Source: a bacterium
GTDB lineage: Bacteria > UBA8248
Assembly (NCBI GenBank): GCA_965207065.1
Contig: OZ242260.1
Coordinates: forward strand, 140,601-204,600
Length of the DNA stretch: 64,000 nt
Direction of reading: 5' to 3'
Notes under the pieces: model-generated
The model's database searches: none
What the model was told of the DNA's origin: nothing
The model's input: only the letters and a program-made list of their open reading frames with translations
Position numbers and translations under genes: made by a program
In this document: positions 57,311 to 64,000 of the stretch, piece after piece
How positions within the stretch are numbered: the stretch's first letter is position 1
Layout: each line of letters begins with the position of its first letter

Positions 57311-58438
57311 ATGGACAAAAGAAGAAAACACATACCCGCCAACTCGAAGTCATTGCCAAAAGGGATTCAGTTTTTTCCTGAAAAAAAGAAGTTTGGGATT
57401 GATATACATGCAGATGGGCGACGCATCAGGAAAGGCAACCTCCCCAATAGGGCAACTGCCGAGCGCGTGCTAGCCAAACTTAGAACCGAGATCGCCGAGG
57501 GAAAATATCTGGATAAGAAGAAAATTAAAAATCCCCTTTTCTCTGCGGTCGTCAAAGAATATGAAAAATGGGCACAGTCCCGAAAGAAAAGCTATGAGAA
57601 CACAGAAAAATATCAGCTTAAAGAATTGATGCGCGAGTTCGGAGAAAAGAAACTCGCCGATCTCACTCCCACAGTGATTGAAAAATTCCTAACCAAATTA
57701 ATGGAGCGCGAGGGTCGAACACCAGCCACATGCAATCGATATCGTTCTTTACTTAGTCGTGTATTTCATAAAGCCATCGATTGGGAATTCTTCGAAGATC
57801 GAAATCCCATCACCAAAGTGTCCAAAATGAGGGAGCCATCTGGGCGTGAAAGAGTGCTTCGGGGAAATGAGAGGGAATGTCTGCTAGCGGCGGCTGAAGA
57901 ACCACTTAAGTCATTCATTCTCGCCGCCCTTTGTACAGGTTGCAGGAAAGATGAACTCCTCCAACTTCAGTGGGCAGAAGTCGATCTTGATTCCGATATC
58001 ATCAAAATATTAGGTGAGAATGCAAAAACAGGTAAATCTCGGGAGATACCAATCCATCCAGAACTTAAAGAGATTCTAATCAATCTTCCTAGTCGCTTTC
58101 AGGGTCAGTTCGTCTTCATCAATCCAAATACCCTCAAACCTCTGCGTCAGCCAAAAGGTGGTTCCATTTACATTAGGAGGGCATGGAAACAAGCTACCGA
58201 ACGTGCAGGTATAAAGGATCTACAATTTCATGATCTTCGTCATGACTTCTGCACAAATGCCATGAGAAGTGGTATCCATCCAAAAATCGTTCAGGAGTGG
58301 ATGGGGCACTCAAAATCCATCATGACAGACCGGTATACCAATTTTGGTTTTGAGGAAACCCGAGCAGCAATGGCTAAACTTTCATCTTCTAACGATGATG
58401 CAACGTCCACTAAAACGTCCATCGCAAATTTAGGTTAA
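57311..58438 (+). CDS. Tyrosine recombinase / phage-type integrase
   Basis: TGCRKDE (R), AKTG (K), HDLRH, MGH and DRY (Y) all intact. Confidence 0.95.
   Translation: MDKRRKHIPANSKSLPKGIQFFPEKKKFGIDIHADGRRIRKGNLPNRATAERVLAKLRTEIAEGKYLDKKKIKNPLFSAVVKEYEKWAQSRKKSYENTEKYQLKELMREFGEKKLADLTPTVIEKFLTKLMEREGRTPATCNRYRSLLSRVFHKAIDWEFFEDRNPITKVSKMREPSGRERVLRGNERECLLAAAEEPLKSFILAALCTGCRKDELLQLQWAEVDLDSDIIKILGENAKTGKSREIPIHPELKEILINLPSRFQGQFVFINPNTLKPLRQPKGGSIYIRRAWKQATERAGIKDLQFHDLRHDFCTNAMRSGIHPKIVQEWMGHSKSIMTDRYTNFGFEETRAAMAKLSSSNDDATSTKTSIANLG
58402..58421 (+). repeat. Putative integrase arm-binding tandem site within the 3' end of the integrase gene
   Basis: Identical to 19122..19141. Confidence 0.75.
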
Positions 58439-58469
58439 CCGCAAAACTCATCCAAGTCATTGTATTTGT

Positions 58470-58545
58470 TGGTGGAGCTGAGGGGGATCGAACCCCTGAC
58501 CTCATGACTGCCAGTCATGCGCTCTCCCAGCTGAGCTACAGCCCC
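58470..58545 (-). tRNA. tRNA-Ala (GGC)
   Basis: GGGGCTGTAGCTCAGCTGGGAGAGCGCATGACTGGCAGTCATGAGGTCAGGGGTTCGATCCCCCTCAGCTCCACCA; 76 nt, G3:U70, encoded CCA. Confidence 0.98.
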
Positions 58546-58644
58546 ATACAGGAGGATTTTCCTGAAACCCCCGAAGGGTGCGCGAAGGAATGTAGCGGAA
58601 ACCGCGCGCCCTCGTCAACGCTGGAGTGAGAGGAATGAAGCGTC

Positions 58645-59766
58645 TCAACCGCCTGGATCCGGCTCCTCAGCAAACGCCTGCACCTGATCCGCAAGTTCCG
58701 AGAAATCGGCGGCGCCCGTCGTATCCTCGGTAATGACTTCCACCTCTTCGGGTCCGCTCGCTCCGAGCCCGAGTTCGACCGCGCGCCTGATCTGGCGGTG
58801 CGACCAGACGGGGTAATCGCGCAGGAGTTCGGACCCCATGGCGCGCACCACCGATGCGCCCACAACGTCCACGGCGACCCGGTCATCCCCTGCGATGATC
58901 ACGTTCGGTTCGCGCTCCTCCCCGGTGTAGGGACCGCCCGATATCCAGCACTTCGTGCCGTCGAGCACGATGAGGGAGGGCGAGTAGAGCAGGTTCGTCT
59001 CCATGATCATCTCCGCCATCTGGGAGACGAAATGCGCGCGAACGCGGTCCCTCGGATGCACGAACCCGTAGACGTTCTTGAGCGAGAGACTGAAGCGCGG
59101 CCCGCCGCCGTGACTCTTCATGGTGGGCAGGTTGACGACGTGCTGACCGGGCGTCATGAGGCGCTCGATGCAGTGCACCCAGCCACCCCAGCGAATCGCC
59201 TCAGGAACGCGGGCCTTCACCCAGGGCTCCTCGTCGAAGCGAAGGAGGCTCACGCCGGTTCGCTCCTGAAAATCGTTCATCCCCCAGCGCTCGAAGTTCC
59301 CGCGCGCCGGCAGGGAGAGGAGTCCGCCCATCTCGCCCACGGCCAGTTCCTCACAACCCGCATCTTTCAGGAGCGCGACGACGGTATCGAGCGTATCGGG
59401 ATGCGTTGAGGCCGGGAACGGGTCGGCGGAGTTGAAGTTGGGTTTCAGGAGCGCGGGTGCTGCCGAATCGATGATATGCCGGACCCCGCCCAGTTTTTCG
59501 ACCGCCAGGCGTATGGCCTCATCGCGCGTCTCCCCGCGCACCATGGCCACGAGGCTCCTGCCCTCTCGCTTGAGTCTGGGCGGGCGAAGGGGCGGCACTT
59601 CCGCTTCGGGGTAAACCTGTTTCGTCTCCTGGAGCGCGCGGTAGGCCGCCGATTCATCGAAATCAAGAACATTCCTGAAATTCTCGGCCCGCGTCTCCAC
59701 GGGGGTATCGAGTGGAACGATCATCTTCACATCCTCCCGAAGAAGATGGTAATCCTCATTTCCCAA
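58645..59766 (-). CDS. DUF362 domain protein
   Basis: LLKPNF, STHP, VNLPTMKSH, LSLKN, DRVAVD. Confidence 0.85.
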   Translation of the reverse strand: MGNEDYHLLREDVKMIVPLDTPVETRAENFRNVLDFDESAAYRALQETKQVYPEAEVPPLRPPRLKREGRSLVAMVRGETRDEAIRLAVEKLGGVRHIIDSAAPALLKPNFNSADPFPASTHPDTLDTVVALLKDAGCEELAVGEMGGLLSLPARGNFERWGMNDFQERTGVSLLRFDEEPWVKARVPEAIRWGGWVHCIERLMTPGQHVVNLPTMKSHGGGPRFSLSLKNVYGFVHPRDRVRAHFVSQMAEMIMETNLLYSPSLIVLDGTKCWISGGPYTGEEREPNVIIAGDDRVAVDVVGASVVRAMGSELLRDYPVWSHRQIRRAVELGLGASGPEEVEVITEDTTGAADFSELADQVQAFAEEPDPGG

Positions 59767-59871
59767 AGAAATTGATTCTACCCCGAAGGGCTGATTTGCG
59801 AAACTGCCAGGGCCTCTCTCATTCCTTGAGGGTCAATGACATCTGATGAAAAAGAACCACTCCCCCTTTGG

Positions 59872-60119
59872 GGGTCGTTGAAAAAGACCTCTCCGCCTCA
59901 TCCTGAATAGCGGCGAAGCCGCGTATCGAAGGATGCCCTCTCGCCCCGGCGCGAGGCGTTCGACTCCCCTCGCCCTTCGATGCAAACGCTCCTTTCTCAG
60001 CCGCGTTCTACCTTTGGCGGCTACTCAGGGTGAGGAAAGAGGCGTTGGCGGTTTGCGTGGGTCGAACGCGACCGGGGAGGGAGCGTTCGCTGCCTTTGAC
60101 GAGGCTTTTTCAACAGCCC
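59872..60119. mobile_element. MITE-like element with an internal palindromic repeat
   Basis: Terminal IRs GGGTCGTTGAAAAAGACCTC / GAGGCTTTTTCAACAGCCC; no transposase. Confidence 0.65.
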
Positions 60120-60360
60120 TTGAAGGCATTTATGGCGTAACCATTCTTCCATGATTATGATTTCACTCGTCCGGCGAGGCCAGAACGAAACCCGAGAGGC
60201 AAGAGATTTTGACCGGATGAAATTGTCTTTCGCCTTTATCCTGTATTAGACTCTGGCCCCATCAGCGCAAGGCAGGACAAGCGAGTCCCAAAGACGCATC
60301 GCCTCCCGAAGCCTCCCAAAGCGCCTCGACGAAGATAATGAACCTTTAGGAAGGTTTTTG

Positions 60361-61197
60361 ATGCTTTTTTTCATTCAGTTCCTGGCGATGGGCTTAGGGG
60401 TAGGCGTGCTGGGCACGCTGGTGGGCGCGGGCGGCGGCTTCATCCTCACGCCCCTTCTCCTGCTGATCTTCACCGACCAGCCCTCGGAAGTCATCGCCGC
60501 CACTTCACTCAGCGTGGTCTGCCTGAACGCCCTTTCCGGCTCAGTCGCCTATTACCGCCAAAAGCGAATCGACATCAAGACAAGCGTCTCTTTCGCGCTG
60601 GCCGGTTCGGTCGGGGCGATAATCGGCGTCTTCGCCACGAGCGAGGTCGCGCGGGGGCCGTTCGACTTCCTGCTGGGAATGGCCTTGCTGATCCTTTGCA
60701 TCTCCATCATCAACCCGCCGCCGCCCTTCGAGGCAACGCGCGAGAGCCCCGGCGGCATCGGCGCGCTGGCGCACCGGCGCATTGTGGACAGCCATGGCAA
60801 AGTCTATGAATACGCCTTCCGCTTCCGGCTCGGCGCAGCCTTAAGCTCCATCGTGGGTTTTCTGGCGACGTTTCTGGGCATCGGGGGCGGCCCCATGCAT
60901 GTGCCGCTGATGATACGAATCTTGAGGATTCCTCCCCACATCGCCACCGCCACCTCGCAGTGCGAGCTTCTCTTCACCACTGCGCTCGCCGTGGCGTTTC
61001 ATTTCATCCTCGGCAACCTCCACGCGATGAAGAGCGTGATTCTTCCCCTCGCGATCGGGATAATCGTTGGCGCGCAGGCGGGAGCCGCCATCTCGCACCG
61101 GGTGAAATCCCTCACCCTCACGCGGATTCTGGCGGTACTGATGACGCTCGTCTCTCTACAGCTTCTCTACAAGGGGGCGAGCGAGTGGTTCTGGTAG
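60361..61197 (+). CDS. TauE/SafE family sulfite exporter-like membrane protein
   Basis: GAGGGFILTP, ATSL, GIGGG..HVP, ATATS. Confidence 0.9.
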   Translation: MLFFIQFLAMGLGVGVLGTLVGAGGGFILTPLLLLIFTDQPSEVIAATSLSVVCLNALSGSVAYYRQKRIDIKTSVSFALAGSVGAIIGVFATSEVARGPFDFLLGMALLILCISIINPPPPFEATRESPGGIGALAHRRIVDSHGKVYEYAFRFRLGAALSSIVGFLATFLGIGGGPMHVPLMIRILRIPPHIATATSQCELLFTTALAVAFHFILGNLHAMKSVILPLAIGIIVGAQAGAAISHRVKSLTLTRILAVLMTLVSLQLLYKGASEWFW

Positions 61198-61324
61198 TTG
61201 TCACGCCGACCTGGAAAATCGATGCGGCGTATGTGAAAATAAGGACTCTGGTCAAAGACCACCGGGACAATTCCATTCAACAAGGCGTCCGCACGGAGCG
61301 GCGGACGAGAAGGAGATTTTGAAC

Positions 61325-62107
61325 ATGTCGGAAAGAGTAACCGTCGTAGAGGTCAGGGACAAAACCCTCTGGGTGGGGCTCAACCGCCCCAAAACGCTGA
61401 ATGCGATGAATTTCCAGATGATCAACGAAGTCATCGAAGCCTTCACGCGGCTCGATGAGGACCCCGATATCGGCGTGGGCGTCATGTACGGCCTGAACGG
61501 GAACTTCTCCTCGGGCGGCGACATGGACATGATGCTGGGGCTGAACTACCAAACGGGCCACATCTGGAACAACAAGATGCGGCGTCTGTGCATGACGCTC
61601 AGGAACTCGGGCAAGCCCACCATCGCCATGGTGCGCGGCTGGTGCATCGGCGGCGGCAACGAGTGGCAGCTCTACTGCGACCTCTGCATCGCGAGCGAGA
61701 ACGCGACGTTCGGCCAATCGGGCGCGCGCGTGGGCGCGCTGCCCGTGGTGGGCGCCACGCAGTACCTCCCGCTTCTGATGGGCGATCGCAGGGCGCGCGA
61801 GATGCTGTTCCTGGCCAAGCGCTACCCGGCGCAGGAGGCCAAGGAAGTCGGCCTCATCAACGAAGTCGTGCCGGATAACAAGCTCGAGAAGACTACCGAG
61901 GAGTGGTGCGCCACCATCAACTCCCACGCCCCGGCCACCCTGCGCTACATGAAGACGAACCTGAACTTCCTGGGCGACCTCCACTACCCCTCCTGGATGC
62001 ACGGCAGCGAACTACTGAACGCCGTGTGGAACAACGAGCAATCCGTCGAGGGAATGAACGCGTTCAAGGAGAAAAGGCCACCCGACTTCAGCCGCTTCCC
62101 CCGCTAG
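61325..62107 (+). CDS. Crotonase-family enzyme (MenB/BadI-like)
   Basis: LNRP..LNAM, FSSGGD, IGGGNE, FGQSGARVG, AFKEKRPPDF. Confidence 0.88.
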   Translation: MSERVTVVEVRDKTLWVGLNRPKTLNAMNFQMINEVIEAFTRLDEDPDIGVGVMYGLNGNFSSGGDMDMMLGLNYQTGHIWNNKMRRLCMTLRNSGKPTIAMVRGWCIGGGNEWQLYCDLCIASENATFGQSGARVGALPVVGATQYLPLLMGDRRAREMLFLAKRYPAQEAKEVGLINEVVPDNKLEKTTEEWCATINSHAPATLRYMKTNLNFLGDLHYPSWMHGSELLNAVWNNEQSVEGMNAFKEKRPPDFSRFPR

Positions 62108-62188
62108 GGGCGACGGAGAAATCTGGCGAAGAGAATTTATTACGACCCCGTCGGACGTGCGCCCTGCGCGTCCGCCGGTTCACGTACC

Positions 62189-62683
62189 ATGCCGCTTCAC
62201 TCGATGTCCACCGGAGGAAAATGGGTGGCGCGCGAGAAAGTCGGGCCACGCCCCGGTCATGTACGCAGCGGTGCGGGCGTAAATGCGCGCTTCGTGGATG
62301 CGGAAGCCCTAGACTTGCTGCTACTCCCGCGCGATGCGTTCGGCTTCGACGCGGAAATTTACGCCGGGGCCGAGATTCTGGTCGACAGCATGGAGCCGCT
62401 GCTTCCGGAGGGCTGCTTCGTCCTCATCGATTTGAGCGACAAGACGCCGCGCCGAAACGGCATTTACGCCCTGCACGGGGCGGACGGGCAGTGCGCGGTC
62501 AAACACGTCGAGGTGATCGACGCGAGGCGCATGGCCCTCATCCCGGAGAATCGCGCGGCGTTTCGTGCAGAATTATGGGAACTGGCGACCGGAGAAACAA
62601 TGGAAGATAAAATTATCGGCAGGGTCGTCTGGCGCACCCTTCGCTTGAAGAATAACGCCGGAGAAGAGCCGCCGGGCCGCTAG
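62189..62683 (+). CDS. S24 family peptidase domain protein without HTH
   Basis: DSMEP (Ser), AVKHV (Lys), LIPEN, IIGRVVW. Confidence 0.7.
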   Translation: MPLHSMSTGGKWVAREKVGPRPGHVRSGAGVNARFVDAEALDLLLLPRDAFGFDAEIYAGAEILVDSMEPLLPEGCFVLIDLSDKTPRRNGIYALHGADGQCAVKHVEVIDARRMALIPENRAAFRAELWELATGETMEDKIIGRVVWRTLRLKNNAGEEPPGR

Positions 62684-63345
62684 CGGGCGTAGCCCTTTCG
62701 CCTGTAGACGCCGGGGGAGCCCGGCTCCTGGCGGTAGTAGCTCCTCACGCGCGACGTCCACTCGGAGGCGTTCATGTGCTTCCACTCCGGCGTTTCGCGC
62801 ACGGATTCATCCTCCATCTCATAGAGGACGATCATGAGCCGCTCCCCCTCCACGGGGCTGTAGCGGCGCATGCGCCTCACCCCCGGCACCTTCTCGCAAA
62901 GGGGGCCGCGATCCCGTGAATACCAGCCGTTGAAATCGGCGAGCCTGTCCTGGGGCACGTTGATTCTGCCGAACTGAATAACGGGGCCGAGACCCGCCGC
63001 CTCCACCGAGGGGAAATCCGGCGGCCGGCCCGGCAAGCCAGGATAGACCTGCGCGCTGACGAGGCGAATACGGGTCGTCGGAGCGACGGGGGAGCCCATC
63101 TCGGCCGAATCCATGAGCGAGGCGAACTCCTCTCCATAGTATACGTGGACGTTCTCCGCCTCCACGAGGTTCAGAAAGCGCGGCGCGCCGTCTATCACCT
63201 CATAGCTCGCCCCTCCACTCACGCCCGGGACTTCGAGCATCCGCGAGAGGCGAACCTCATTAAGCCACGCGCTTGCTTCCGCCTCCTCGCCTTCCGCGAA
63301 GTCGAACAGCTCGGCGAGCAAACCCATTCCATGCGTGCGTACCAA
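62680..63345 (-). CDS. Hypothetical protein with a duplicated dimeric alpha/beta-barrel-like domain
   Basis: Two repeats of W(L/Y)....VPGV...(Y)...YE. Confidence 0.7.
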   Translation of the reverse strand: MVRTHGMGLLAELFDFAEGEEAEASAWLNEVRLSRMLEVPGVSGGASYEVIDGAPRFLNLVEAENVHVYYGEEFASLMDSAEMGSPVAPTTRIRLVSAQVYPGLPGRPPDFPSVEAAGLGPVIQFGRINVPQDRLADFNGWYSRDRGPLCEKVPGVRRMRRYSPVEGERLMIVLYEMEDESVRETPEWKHMNASEWTSRVRSYYRQEPGSPGVYRRKGYAR

Positions 63346-63394
63346 AACAGTCTTGCCTCTTTGACGACGGGAAATAGAATAAGGAGAGTCTACA

Positions 63395-63706
63395 CTATTC
63401 CTTCTGGAGAGCCACCCGTATCGTCCCCCCGTACTGCGCGGCCACCAGGTGATGGGGGCGATACCCTTCCTTGAGAATTTCGACCGTGAACGTATCGGCG
63501 TAATGATCCTTTATCTTCTTCCAGGGGATGAGGACCGGCGATTTGCCTATCTTCTCCTTGCCGAGCTTGACCGTAGCGCCCGGAGGCTCCGTGATCACCT
63601 CCACGCCGCGCGGCACCATGTCGCCGCATCCGCTCAAAACGAGAAAGGCGGCGAGAAGCGCCCATCCCATGCCGAGGGTCTTGCGCATTTTTTGTTTCTC
63701 CTTCAT
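63395..63706 (-). CDS. PEGA-domain lipoprotein
   Basis: Lipobox LSGC; TEPPGATV...GKSP...KEGY; start approximate. Confidence 0.7.
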   Translation of the reverse strand: MKEKQKMRKTLGMGWALLAAFLVLSGCGDMVPRGVEVITEPPGATVKLGKEKIGKSPVLIPWKKIKDHYADTFTVEILKEGYRPHHLVAAQYGGTIRVALQKE

Positions 63707-63857
63707 TGCTGTGCCCATCAAATACCATGTATTCATACGAAGCGGGTTCACCGGAAGGCCCCCACATTGAATCTTACAAGATTATGAACCCATCTCTTGA
63801 CAAAATCCACCTCGAAACACATTCTCGGCGAGAAATTCGGGAGGGGAGGAGTTCCAC

Positions 63858-64000
63858 TTGCGCTGTCACCGCTATTATTTCGACCTCATACTCGAGGGCA
63901 TGGACAAATACAACCTCGCCGACTGCATCGTGGACGAATACCTGCCCCTCACCGCGCAAATGCCCATCTGGGAGATTGCGGAAAAAATCCGCGAGGGACA
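63858..64000 (+). CDS. Hypothetical protein (runs off the window)
   Basis: GGAGGAG RBS, TTG start, frame open to the end (MRCHRYYFDLILEGMDKY...). Confidence 0.55.
   Translation, partial: MRCHRYYFDLILEGMDKYNLADCIVDEYLPLTAQMPIWEIAEKIREG

Larger units (their letters stand above)
18924..58516. mobile_element. ~39.5 kb genomic island integrated at tRNA-Ala(GGC)
   Basis: Direct repeat of the tRNA 3' end, adjacent tyrosine integrase and excisionase-like gene, shared arm repeats, mosaic GC content. Confidence 0.93.

Noticed and set aside
36308-58438. Intact prophage or ICE
   Set aside because: No structural, packaging, lysis, relaxase or T4SS genes recognised

Overview
Bacterial chromosomal window in three parts. 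(1) 1-17.3 kb: GC-rich catabolic and transport genes: two tandem cysteine-synthase-like enzymes, three luciferase-like oxidoreductases, M20 and M24 hydrolases, a two-subunit CoA-transferase, LysR, two UbiD decarboxylases, a cyclase and a TAXI-TRAP transporter, followed by a TbpB-like lipoprotein. (2) About 18.9-58.5 kb: a ~39.5 kb mosaic genomic island integrated in tRNA-Ala(GGC). It has a tyrosine integrase, an excisionase-like HTH, a duplicated tRNA 3' end, matching arm-type repeats, a VapE replication protein and an iteron-type origin. Its first cargo block is a ~13 kb co-oriented cluster of exported proteins: an Ala-rich autotransporter, DUF4384-like proteins, OmpA-caspase-DUF4384, WD40-caspase, a small secreted paralogue of the WD40-caspase N-terminus, an alpha/beta-hydrolase lipoprotein and a caspase pseudogene, next to a LuxR-type regulator. 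This is the best candidate for an undescribed system. The island also holds an IS1595 transposon carrying a methyltransferase-HNH gene frameshifted in a poly-G tract, a decayed IS256, and a repeat-bounded GC-rich block with PiT, GPP34, a His-rich permease-SPFH fusion plus HflC/HflK, and znuA-zur-znuCB. (3) 58.6-64 kb: DUF362, a MITE, TauE, a crotonase-family enzyme, an orphan S24 peptidase and small genes. All family calls come from motif recognition by eye; no database search was run.
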